NCBI GenBank assembly: GCA_011053005.1
Contig: DRHW01000016.1
Coordinates: 39,851-103,850, forward strand
Source of the DNA: Methylophaga sp.
GTDB lineage: Bacteria; Pseudomonadota; Gammaproteobacteria; Nitrosococcales; Methylophagaceae
Reading direction: 5' to 3'
Length of the DNA: 64,000 nucleotides
Numbering within the stretch: the first letter of the stretch is position 1; every line of letters starts with the position of its first letter. Below the pieces are notes generated by a model, which was not told the origin of the DNA, made no database searches, and was given only the letters and a program-made list of their open reading frames with translations. The translations under genes and the position numbers were made by a program. Shown here one piece after another: positions 27,919 to 36,857 of this stretch.

Positions 27919-28326
27919 AAAAAATAAATAGCATTAGCAATGCTTCTAAAGCGCCTATTTACCTGGCTTAAGCGGTATTGAATATAATTGTTTATTTATA
28001 AATCTATACATTTTCATGCACTTAGCTAGTGCGGAATCGTTTTTTTTGCTCTATTGCAGTGCTTATTAATTTGAATTTTTAACAGGTTTAAGTCTGTAAT
28101 CAGGCTAAGGATTGACCACTTTATAGGCTAAACTGACTAATTTTACTGAGGTTGAATTAGAATTGAGTTCAACTAGTTAAGCGATAGAATAGTGGTACTG
28201 AACTATTTGATTTTGTTATTATCAGCTACTTAGTTTGACGTTCTGTTAAATTAAACATAGTCAAGGGTATGAAAGGTGAAGCGCTTTCTTTGTCTTTGGA
28301 ATATTCTAAACAGAGAAACCATCTTT

Positions 28327-29793
28327 ATGACCATCTTTTTTATCTGTATTGCTATATTGATCCTTGGCTATAAATTTTATAGTCCTTTTGTTGAAAAACA
28401 AGCAGGTATTGACGCGACAACAATCACTCCGCAAGCTCGTTTCAATGACGGTGTCGATTATGTAGAAATTCATCCGGTTCGCGCTTTTCTCATACAGTTT
28501 TTGAATATTGCCGGTGTCGGCCCTATATTTGGCCCTATCTTGGGCGCGTTATATGGTCCTATAGCATTAGTGTGGATTGTACTTGGCAATGTTTTTGGCG
28601 GCGCTGTTCACGATTATTTTTCTGGCGTGATGAGTATTAAAGAAGATGGTAAAAGTCTGCCAGAAATTGCAGGGCATTATTACAACACAGTATTTAAAGG
28701 CTTCATGCTGATCTTTACCGCGATGTTGCTGTTTTTCGTTGGTGTCGTTTTTATCATGAGCCCAGCTGGATTATTAAGTAATTTAGACGCATTCAAAGGC
28801 ACATTTATGGCTAACAATACCTTTTGGGTGTTAGTTATTTTAGCTTATTATTTTTTAGCTACTTTGTTGCCGATCGATAAAATTATTACTAAGTTTTATC
28901 CTATCTTTGGTTTGTTAATGATCGTGATGACGACCATGATCGCCGTTGCATTATTAATAGAAGCTCCACATTTACCAGTAACAGGCGATTTTCTGGCTTA
29001 CTTCAGTGCAGACCATCATGCTCATGATTTATTAACGCCGAACCCTGATGGATTACCAACTTGGCCTTTATTATTTGTGACGATTACCTGTGGTGCAATA
29101 AGCGGTTTTCACTCGACACAAGCACCTATTATCGCGCGAACTTTAACCAATGAAAAATACGTCCGTCCCGTATATTACGGCGCAATGGTATGCGAAGGTA
29201 TCGTGGCCTGCGTTTGGGCGTTAGCTGGTATTGCTGCATTTCCTGAAGGTTATGCAGGATTAAAGGAGTTACTTGATCTCGGTGGTCCTGGATTGGTGGT
29301 CAACCATGTTGCAAACAGTTATTTAGGCGTATTAGGCGGCATTATGGCGATTATCGCGGTGGCAGTTTTTCCTATTACTTCGGGCGATACGGCATTTCGT
29401 TCATTACGCCTCACCATCGTTGATGCGTTCAATATTCCACAAAGTGTACGCAATCGTTTATTACTGGCATTACCTATTTTAACGATTGCATACTTTATGA
29501 CTAAGCTGGATTTTTCACTGATTTGGCGTTATTTCGCCTTCTCAAACATGCTGTTATCGACCAGTGTTTTATGGCTAGCTACTAAATATTTATTCGATCG
29601 TGGTAGTTTTCATTGGATTGTCAGTATTCCTGCTGTTATTACTACAGGTGTCACCATCTCTTATATTATGACGGCATCGATCGGCTTTAATTTGTCTTCA
29701 GATTTTGGACGACCTATTGGTGCGGCGGTCATATTTATTGGTTTGGTTTTACTCATTATTGTCAATAACAAGCATAAGATTTCTGCAGTCTAA
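28327..29793 (+). CDS. Carbon starvation protein CstA family transporter (short form)
   Basis: The ORF track begins at GTG 28276. ATG 28327 (MTIFFICIAILILGYKFYSPFVEKQ) matches the usual CstA N-terminus. Polytopic, with motifs FLNIAGVGPIFGPILGA and SGFHSTQAPIIART. Confidence 0.82.
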   Translation: MTIFFICIAILILGYKFYSPFVEKQAGIDATTITPQARFNDGVDYVEIHPVRAFLIQFLNIAGVGPIFGPILGALYGPIALVWIVLGNVFGGAVHDYFSGVMSIKEDGKSLPEIAGHYYNTVFKGFMLIFTAMLLFFVGVVFIMSPAGLLSNLDAFKGTFMANNTFWVLVILAYYFLATLLPIDKIITKFYPIFGLLMIVMTTMIAVALLIEAPHLPVTGDFLAYFSADHHAHDLLTPNPDGLPTWPLLFVTITCGAISGFHSTQAPIIARTLTNEKYVRPVYYGAMVCEGIVACVWALAGIAAFPEGYAGLKELLDLGGPGLVVNHVANSYLGVLGGIMAIIAVAVFPITSGDTAFRSLRLTIVDAFNIPQSVRNRLLLALPILTIAYFMTKLDFSLIWRYFAFSNMLLSTSVLWLATKYLFDRGSFHWIVSIPAVITTGVTISYIMTASIGFNLSSDFGRPIGAAVIFIGLVLLIIVNNKHKISAV

Positions 29794-29899
29794 TCTTTTG
29801 TTAATTAGTCCGTTAGCATCTAAATATACTGGTTTACAGTAAATGAAATGTTCGAAAAATAAATACTTCAAACTTAAGCGGATATGAACGTTATTTTGA

Positions 29900-29928
29900 T
29901 TGACTGTTTTATTGGCTTAGCTCACAAT
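29900..29928 (+). promoter_or_regulatory. Candidate sigma70 promoter for the small ORF-secDF unit
   Basis: TTGACT-N17-CACAAT. The -10 element ends 25 nt before ATG 29954. Confidence 0.3.
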
Positions 29929-29953
29929 CTGCGAACTTAATTGCGAGCCGTTC

Positions 29954-30349
29954 ATGAAATTTTATCTAACACAGCAGTTTGAACAACGTCATGCCACTAT
30001 CTGGCAGCTGTTTGTATTGTTGTTATTATTTAATAGTCTTGCCTTTACTGGTTGGGTAGACTCTCGCCATTTAAAAACGTCGAGCAATTCAAATGTTGTT
30101 GCTGATTTTAATCACACTACTTTCGCTAATCTTCGTGATAACTATCGCTCATTATTCAATGTTAAAAATCTTAGTGTTCCAAAGAGCAGTGATGGTGATT
30201 CACAACATCACTGGCTAGTTAGTTCTAATGATTTAAGCTTTCCTTTTTCAGCATTAATAAACGCTGAAAACTTCCATTATTTGACGTTATATATTATTGA
30301 TAATATCAAATATCAACTACACCTTACTCGCGCTCCACCACTGAAATAA
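29954..30349 (+). CDS. Hypothetical 131-aa protein; candidate secretion-monitoring ribosome-arrest peptide (C-terminal RAPP motif)
   Basis: I recognise no family. An N-terminal hydrophobic segment IWQLFVLLLLFNSLAFTGWV is present. The C-terminus is ...YQLHLTRAPPLK*, with R-A-P-P encoded at 30329..30340, two codons before the stop. It lies 57 nt upstream of secDF on the same strand. Confidence 0.5.
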   Translation: MKFYLTQQFEQRHATIWQLFVLLLLFNSLAFTGWVDSRHLKTSSNSNVVADFNHTTFANLRDNYRSLFNVKNLSVPKSSDGDSQHHWLVSSNDLSFPFSALINAENFHYLTLYIIDNIKYQLHLTRAPPLK

Positions 30350-30406
30350 TCCCTACCTAATAAGCTTTTATTTGTTTAACAACGAAGTTATCTTCGAGGA
30401 TTATTT
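30344..30406 (+). promoter_or_regulatory. Candidate SD-sequestering long-range stem (small-ORF stop region pairs with secDF RBS)
   Basis: AAATAATCC (30344..30352, spanning stop codon 30347..30349) is a perfect complement of GGATTATTT (30398..30406, the GAGGA SD and spacer just before ATG 30407). A nested local hairpin CGAAG-ttat-CTTCG lies at 30383..30396. Confidence 0.45.
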
Positions 30407-32926
30407 ATGCGTTCATTTTATTCGCGGGCTGTTCTATTCAGCTTGATTATTATCTTCGGGCTGCTGTGTGCATTGCCCAATGTATTACCACATTCAGCTA
30501 GCAAGGATCTGCCTAACTGGTTTACTGGAAATACTTTTTCTTTAGGTCTGGACTTAAGTGGCGGATCTCATTTGCTGATGCAGGTCGATACCGATGACTT
30601 AAATCTCAACGATCACCAGAAATTAGCCGACCAAATCACCGATGGTTTACGTGAGGAACGACTTTTTATTCAGCCAATTTCGGTTACTAAAAATAAGCTT
30701 GTTATCACGCCAAAAGATACCAAACGATTAGCTGATATCAAGAAATTTATTAGCGCTTTTATTGAGGATCCAAAAGGCGGTAGAGCGTTATTTTCAATAG
30801 ATGTTGAAGCCAACCAACTCACTATCACACCAACTAAAATACATAGTGAAAAACTAACGCAAGATGCGGTTGAGCATAGTTTAAAAGTAGTGCGTCAGCG
30901 TCTAAATGAAAGTGGTTTGGTTGATCCCACGATAACTAAACAAGGTGATGACGGCATTCTTATTCAATTGCCTGGAGTAGATGCTCCGAGCTATATACGA
31001 TCTCTACTGGGTACCACAGCAAAAATGACATTTCATTGGGCAGTCAATGATCAATCTTCAGGTGTTATCCGTGCTCAAGGTGTTACGGAAGGTGAAAATT
31101 ATTCTTTAGAAGAACGTGTTGCGCTTGAAGGGGAACATATAAAAGACGCGAATTTAGTCTTTAGTCACGAAAATGGACAGCCTGTTGTTAGTTTTGTACT
31201 CGATAAAGAAGGTGCTAGACGATTTGGCGAAATGACTAAAAAGAATATAGGTCGTCAATTAGCAATTGTACTGGATGATAAAGTCATCACAGCTCCTGTC
31301 ATTCGAAGTGTTATAGATGGCGGTCGTGGAGAAATTAGCGGTTCATTTACAGTTTCAGAAGCTAATGAACTCGCGTTATTACTACGAGCAGGAGCGTTGC
31401 CCGCACCTTTAAATGTAATAGAAGAACGGACTGTTGGCCCAGATTTAGGCAGTGATTCAATTTCAATGGGTATTACTACAGGCGTCATTGGTGCAATCTT
31501 AGTCTTACTCTTTATGTTAACGATTTACGGTAGCTGGGGATTAATTGCCAGTTTAAGTTTAGTGGTTAACATTGGTTTGATTTTTGGCGTATTGAGTCTC
31601 TTAGGTGCAACGCTTACATTGCCAGGTATTGCTGGAATAATTCTAAGTATTGGTATGGCTGTTGATGCCAATATTTTGATCAATGAACGTATTCGGGAAG
31701 AAACTCGACATGGTAAGAGTGCTTTTGCTGCGCTTGATGCAGGATTCAACCGAGCATATAGCACTATTTTGGATTCCAATATCACATCATTGATTGCTAT
31801 TAGTTTGTTATTTATGTTTGGTAGCGGGCCAGTTCGTGGTTTTGCTGTGGCAATGGCGATTGGTTTATTAACGTCGATGTTTACGTCTATTTCATTTACA
31901 CGATTGTTGATGGAATGGCGTGTTAAACATATGCCAAAACAATCTTTGCTTAATATTTCAGGTATTAAAGCTTTAGATCGAATTAGTAATAGCAAAATTG
32001 ACTTTATGCGTGGTCGTTTTATCGGAATTGCTGTATCGGCTATATTGTCATTAGCCTCGATTGGATTATTTTTTCAACCGGGTTTGAACTACGGCATCGA
32101 TTTTAGTGGAGGAAGTATTGTCGAAGTTAAGGCACCGAATACTAACGTCGAACAGGTTCGGAAAACCTTACAGTATAAAGGGCTTGGACAAGCCTCTATT
32201 CAAGAATTTGGTGAAAAAGACACTTATCTTATTCGTCTACCGATAGAAAATGCAGCCCAAGTTGCTAACGGTCAATCCACTCAAAACATTAAACAAGCTG
32301 TTCAATCCTTATCACCCGATGCAAGTTTTCCACGCGTTGAAATGGTGGGACCAAAGGTCAGTGGTGATTTTCATGATGCGACTATCTTAGTGATTGTTTT
32401 TGCTGGATTTGGTATGTTGGCCTATTTATGGGTGCGTTTTGAATATCATTTTGCCTTAGCTGCCACATTAACTATTGCGTTAGATTTGACCAAGACCATA
32501 GGCTTTTTTGTGCTGACAGGCGTCGAATTTAATCTGACGGCTGTGGCTGCTCTGTTAGCTTTAATCGGATATTCAGTTAATGACAAAGTGGTGGTATTTG
32601 ACCGCATTCGTGAAAACTTACGATTAACGCCCGATAAACCTATGTTGCAATTGCTTAATGAAAGTATTACTTCAACATTAACCAGAACCGTATTCACCTC
32701 AACAACGACGTTTTTAGCATTGATTCCAATGGCTGTTGCAGGCGGCAGTGCGGTGGTTAGTTTTGCCTTGCCGATGTTATTTGGCATTGTGATCGGTACC
32801 AGCTCATCAATATTTATTGCGGCACCAATAGTATTTTGGATGGGACAGCATCGCCAGCGTAGAGGTCTTTCACAATTAAGGCCGACAGCGGAAGAGATGA
32901 AAAAGAAGCTAGACGCTATTCTGTAG
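30407..32926 (+). CDS. secDF: Fused protein-export membrane protein SecD/SecF
   Basis: 839 aa. The SecD N-terminus and P1 domain (LGLDLSGGSHLLMQVD, LAIVLDDKVITAPVIRSVIDGG, LLLRAGALPAPL) are followed by six TM helices. The SecF part follows (INYGIDFSGGS, DKVVVFDRIRENL) with six more TM helices. Confidence 0.9.
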   Translation: MRSFYSRAVLFSLIIIFGLLCALPNVLPHSASKDLPNWFTGNTFSLGLDLSGGSHLLMQVDTDDLNLNDHQKLADQITDGLREERLFIQPISVTKNKLVITPKDTKRLADIKKFISAFIEDPKGGRALFSIDVEANQLTITPTKIHSEKLTQDAVEHSLKVVRQRLNESGLVDPTITKQGDDGILIQLPGVDAPSYIRSLLGTTAKMTFHWAVNDQSSGVIRAQGVTEGENYSLEERVALEGEHIKDANLVFSHENGQPVVSFVLDKEGARRFGEMTKKNIGRQLAIVLDDKVITAPVIRSVIDGGRGEISGSFTVSEANELALLLRAGALPAPLNVIEERTVGPDLGSDSISMGITTGVIGAILVLLFMLTIYGSWGLIASLSLVVNIGLIFGVLSLLGATLTLPGIAGIILSIGMAVDANILINERIREETRHGKSAFAALDAGFNRAYSTILDSNITSLIAISLLFMFGSGPVRGFAVAMAIGLLTSMFTSISFTRLLMEWRVKHMPKQSLLNISGIKALDRISNSKIDFMRGRFIGIAVSAILSLASIGLFFQPGLNYGIDFSGGSIVEVKAPNTNVEQVRKTLQYKGLGQASIQEFGEKDTYLIRLPIENAAQVANGQSTQNIKQAVQSLSPDASFPRVEMVGPKVSGDFHDATILVIVFAGFGMLAYLWVRFEYHFALAATLTIALDLTKTIGFFVLTGVEFNLTAVAALLALIGYSVNDKVVVFDRIRENLRLTPDKPMLQLLNESITSTLTRTVFTSTTTFLALIPMAVAGGSAVVSFALPMLFGIVIGTSSSIFIAAPIVFWMGQHRQRRGLSQLRPTAEEMKKKLDAIL

Positions 32927-33013
32927 CATATTTGATAATCATCATAACTAGTTAATAAATAGGGCCTAATGCTGACTTTTTCTACATTAGGCCCTTACCA
33001 ATGGATAAATAAT

Positions 33014-34069
33014 ATGACGTGGATAATGTTAGTTGCAGGATTAACTTTACTGATTGTGGGTGCAGAGCTATTGGTTAAGGGTGCTGCTCGATTAGCAACT
33101 AGTTTTGGTATTCCGGCATTGGTTATAGGTTTAACAGTTGTCGCTTTTGGTACGAGTGCACCTGAATTGGCCGTCAGTATAAAAGCCGCTTTTTCTGGGC
33201 AAGCAGAATTAGCAATAGCAAACGTGGTTGGCAGTAATATTTTTAATATTTTGTTTATCCTTGGGGTGGCAGCTTTAATAATGCCATTAGTCGTATCTAA
33301 GCAACTTATTCGACAAGATGTACCCATCATGATCGGTATTAGCATCCTTGCATTAGTTATGATTCAAGATGGTGTTATCGTCAAATTGGAAGCGTCTATT
33401 TTGTGTATAGGCGTCATTTTGTACACGTTTTTTTTATTTTACCAGGGTAAAAAAATCGGCGCAGAGAGCAGTAATACGACAGTTGAGATAGCAGCACCTG
33501 TCTGGTTAAATATAATTTTTATTGTCACAGGCTTAGCGTTACTTATTCTTGGTTCACGATGGTTAGTGGAGAGTGCGGTTAATATTGCGTCATCATTTGG
33601 GGTGAGTGAAGTGGTCATTGGTTTGACGATTGTTGCGGTGGGTACTTCGTTACCTGAAGTGGTGACATCTATCGTTGCTACGCTTAAAGGTGAGCGAGAT
33701 ATTGCCATTGGCAATGTAGTTGGCAGTAATATATTTAATATCTTGGCGGTATTAGGTATATCAGGATTGTTTTCACCGACGCCTTTGCTGGCAAGTGAGC
33801 AACTGATACACATCGATATTCCCGTAATGGTTGCTGTAGCTCTAATATGTTTACCGTTGTTTTTTATGGGTAGTACATTAAATAGATTTGAAGGTTTTTT
33901 ATTCTTAGTTATTTATATCGGTTACGTATGGTATACCGTGGCGATGGCACTATCACTACATTATTTACCACAATTGCAAATGGGGCTACTTTATGGGCTA
34001 GGGCCTTTAATTGGATTTTACGTGGGGTTATGTTTGTTTAAAGACCTGTTAAAGCGTCGATATTTATAG
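33014..34069 (+). CDS. Ca2+/Na+ (cation) antiporter, CaCA/YrbG family
   Basis: Two alpha-repeats are present: GTSAPELAVSI...GSNIFNILFILG and GTSLPEVVTSI...GSNIFNILAVLG. The ORF track starts at 32969. ATG 33014 (MTWIMLVAGL) fits the family N-terminus better. Confidence 0.85.
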   Translation: MTWIMLVAGLTLLIVGAELLVKGAARLATSFGIPALVIGLTVVAFGTSAPELAVSIKAAFSGQAELAIANVVGSNIFNILFILGVAALIMPLVVSKQLIRQDVPIMIGISILALVMIQDGVIVKLEASILCIGVILYTFFLFYQGKKIGAESSNTTVEIAAPVWLNIIFIVTGLALLILGSRWLVESAVNIASSFGVSEVVIGLTIVAVGTSLPEVVTSIVATLKGERDIAIGNVVGSNIFNILAVLGISGLFSPTPLLASEQLIHIDIPVMVAVALICLPLFFMGSTLNRFEGFLFLVIYIGYVWYTVAMALSLHYLPQLQMGLLYGLGPLIGFYVGLCLFKDLLKRRYL

Positions 34070-34214
34070 CTTAATATATGGTTTTTCTATGTTATTAAAA
34101 GAGTGAAATGGCATGTATGATTACCTTTTGCTTTTAGCAATCATGTTGTTTGATAGGTAAAATATGTTGGTTATGGGCTGTGATTTTATAGCCCATTATT
34201 CAATGAGATCTTTA

Positions 34215-34805
34215 TTAAGTAATCTTGTGCATTGCTTCAGTTAAAATAACATCCATCGCAATATCATGACTTTGTGGATAAATCGTTGCTAAGCGGGACA
34301 GCTCAAAGCCAAGCCCTATTATTATCGGTGACGTTTCAATTTCTGCAATCGTCCTATCATAATAACCGCCACCATAACCAAGCCTATAATCTGATTCATC
34401 AAAGCCAACTAAGGGAATTAATATTACCTCTGGAGTAAGAATAGTGCGTGATTGTGGTACCGGTATTTTCCATACGCCTGGGATCATCGGCGTTTCAGGT
34501 GTCCATTGTCTAAATTCTAATGGTGAATTTTCTTTAATAACAGCGGGCAACACTGCTTGCCAGCCCTGTTGTAATAGTTCTGAAATAAGTTCTCTACAAT
34601 CAATTTCACCTTTAAAAGGCCAATAAAAAGCAATAGTGCTTGGTTTCATATCTTTGAGGAAATGATGCAGTTTATCGATTATTTCTTGTTGCCAAATCTT
34701 ACGCTGATAACCACCAACAGCAATACGACTTTCTATTAATTGCTTACGTTGTTGGTGGCGCCAAGCTTCCATTTCCAACACGGTGTAGTTATCGGGCAAT
34801 GTCAT
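34215..34805 (-). CDS. 5-formyltetrahydrofolate cyclo-ligase
   Basis: 196 aa with motifs FKGEID, LIPLVGFD and RLGYGGGYYDRT. Confidence 0.85.
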   Translation of the reverse strand: MTLPDNYTVLEMEAWRHQQRKQLIESRIAVGGYQRKIWQQEIIDKLHHFLKDMKPSTIAFYWPFKGEIDCRELISELLQQGWQAVLPAVIKENSPLEFRQWTPETPMIPGVWKIPVPQSRTILTPEVILIPLVGFDESDYRLGYGGGYYDRTIAEIETSPIIIGLGFELSRLATIYPQSHDIAMDVILTEAMHKIT

Positions 34806-34884
34806 TTTAAATACCAGTAATATTTAATAATCTATGATGTGGATGTATGAATAATATTAGGATAACTTATTTTTATGAACATTT

Positions 34885-34932
34885 AAAATCCACCATTTCT
34901 TGGCGATGAAGAAATGATGGATTTTGTTTTTT
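34885..34932. terminator. Strong hairpin between ccoQ-like gene and cyclo-ligase gene
   Basis: AAAATCCACCATTTCTT-ggcgatg-AAGAAATGATGGATTTT has one mismatch. An A-run and a T-run flank it (GTTTTTT on the plus strand). Confidence 0.65.
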
Positions 34933-34974
34933 ACTAAAACGCTTAATAATAAATTTAAGCTTGGTTATGACTGA

Positions 34975-35220
34975 CTAAGCATCAAAGTGTTGATAATTTA
35001 ACGGATTTTTGGCTTGATGATTGAGTAAGCGTTTTTCAGCAGCGGTATCATCATTTAATGGAATTAGGCTTTGCTGTTCAAAATAAACTTTATTCTCACT
35101 TCTTAATACCCAATTAATAATCAGAAATAAGCCAAAAATAACGACCAAGCTAACGACACTATTTAGCCAGCGTTCATCGGGTTGCAAAGCGATTAAAGTC
35201 AAAATAGTGTTTAAGATCAT
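34975..35220 (-). CDS. CcoQ/FixQ-like small membrane protein
   Basis: 81 aa with a single TM helix (VVSLVVIFGLFLIINWVL). The helix is followed by RSENKVYFEQQSLIPLNDD, which matches the FixQ pattern (TM, basic residues, F-E-x-A/S-x-x-P-L-x-D-D). It starts 5 nt after the ccoN stop and has no CxxCH. Confidence 0.6.
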   Translation of the reverse strand: MILNTILTLIALQPDERWLNSVVSLVVIFGLFLIINWVLRSENKVYFEQQSLIPLNDDTAAEKRLLNHQAKNPLNYQHFDA

Positions 35221-35225
35221 ATTGA

Positions 35226-36644
35226 TTATTCCGTAACGGCGATGGTTGATTGATGTGATGTCGCTATAGCACGTCGAATAGTCATCGTGACATTAACTAG
35301 CATGACACAAGCACCACAGAAGAAAATGAAGCCGCCTGCAGCACGAATAGCGTAATAGGGATGCATTTGAGCAACAGATTCAACAAAGGTATACGTTAAA
35401 TTACCGTAATCATCATAAGCGCGCCACATCAAACCTTGCATGATGCCTGAGACCCACATTGCAGTGATATAGACCGCAGTACCTGTCGTAGCCATCCAAA
35501 AATGAGCATTCACCATTTTTACAGAGAACATCTTGGTATCCCATAATTTTTCGACCATGTGATAAATAGCACCAATCGATATCATGGCTACCCAACCTAA
35601 AGCACCCGCATGTACATGACCAATCGTCCAATCAGTGTAATGTGATAGAGCATTGACTGTTTTAGATGCCATAACAGGGCCCTCGAATGTTGACATTGCA
35701 TAGAACGCTATTGCCACGATCAAGAATCGTAAAATATAATCGGTACGCAATTTATCCCAAGCACCGCTCAGCGTAAATAGTCCGTTAATGGCCCCACCCC
35801 ATGAAGGAATGATCATCGCTAATGAAATAGCAGCACCTAAGGAGCCTGTCCAATCTGGTAAAGCGGTGTATTGAAGATGATGCGCTCCCAACCAGACATA
35901 ACCAAAGGTTAATGCCCAAAAATGAATAACAGATAACCGGTAGGAATAAACGGGGCGATTTGCTTGTTTAGGCACGAAGTAATACATAATCCCTAAGAAG
36001 CCCGCAGTAAGATAAAAACCAATGGCATTATGGCCCCACCACCATTGGATCATTGCATCTTGAACGCCCGCATAAATTGAGTAGGACTTCATAATCTCAA
36101 CAGGCAGCACGAGACTATTAATGACATGTAAATAGGTAAACATGATCATCATTGCCAGAAAAAACCAGTTGGCAACGTAGATATGCGAAACTTTTCGAGT
36201 ACTTATCGTCATCATAAAATTGAAACTATATGCTAGCCATACAACGGCTAGCACAATATCTAGCGGCCACTCTAATTCAGCGTATTCTTTGCCTTGAGTA
36301 AATCCTAAGGGCAGAGTGATCATTCCGCCTATTACATAAAGATTCCATCCCCAAAATGTAAACCATGCAAGCTTATCGCTCCATAATTTGACGCCACAGG
36401 TTCGTTGGACAATGTAATAAGCCGTCGCCATCAACACTGAGCCACCAAATCCATAAATAACGGTATTGGTATGAACGGGTCTCAATCGACCAAAACTAAT
36501 ATATGGACTATCAAAATTTAAAAATGGCCAGGCAAGCTCTGATGCGATGTAAACACCAACAGCAGTACCAATAACAAGGTAAATACATGCCATTACCGAA
36601 AACCACTTAGTGATCTCGGTATTGTATTTAATCGTCGTTTCCAT
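35226..36644 (-). CDS. ccoN: cbb3-type cytochrome c oxidase subunit I (CcoN), orphan copy
   Basis: 472 aa, near-collinear with CcoN proteins ([104 protein letters not shown]). The haem and CuB His ligands are present. Confidence 0.9.
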   Translation of the reverse strand: METTIKYNTEITKWFSVMACIYLVIGTAVGVYIASELAWPFLNFDSPYISFGRLRPVHTNTVIYGFGGSVLMATAYYIVQRTCGVKLWSDKLAWFTFWGWNLYVIGGMITLPLGFTQGKEYAELEWPLDIVLAVVWLAYSFNFMMTISTRKVSHIYVANWFFLAMMIMFTYLHVINSLVLPVEIMKSYSIYAGVQDAMIQWWWGHNAIGFYLTAGFLGIMYYFVPKQANRPVYSYRLSVIHFWALTFGYVWLGAHHLQYTALPDWTGSLGAAISLAMIIPSWGGAINGLFTLSGAWDKLRTDYILRFLIVAIAFYAMSTFEGPVMASKTVNALSHYTDWTIGHVHAGALGWVAMISIGAIYHMVEKLWDTKMFSVKMVNAHFWMATTGTAVYITAMWVSGIMQGLMWRAYDDYGNLTYTFVESVAQMHPYYAIRAAGGFIFFCGACVMLVNVTMTIRRAIATSHQSTIAVTE

Positions 36645-36857
36645 AAGGATTTATCCCTCTATTACTTAAGTGTTTTTTCTTTATTCGCAAGAGATAAACG
36701 TGTTACCTAGACGGCTTGATTACGCTCACGTGTTAAAGATAAAAACGTGTTTAATAAGAATTAACTGGCAATTTATGACTCAAAACAACGTATTATGAGA
36801 GATCCCTTATGAGGTGTATAATGAATATTAATTGAATTTAATAGCAAAATAATTGAT

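Noticed and set aside
28020-28060. GCACT-tagct-AGTGC hairpin followed by a T-run in the cstA upstream region, considered as a possible sRNA terminator or attenuator.
   Set aside because: The stem is only 5 bp and a 7-nt gap precedes the T-run. It is not distinguishable from chance in AT-rich DNA.
33014-34069. Internal sequence duplication within the antiporter gene (GTSxPE...GSNIFNIL twice).
   Set aside because: This is the well-known alpha-1/alpha-2 repeat of the CaCA family. It is not a recent duplication or a mobile repeat.
36761-36780. TGGCA motif (ttaacTGGCAatttatgact) as a possible sigma54 promoter for the lysR gene.
   Set aside because: The GG-N10 position is followed by CT rather than GC, so the -12 element is missing.
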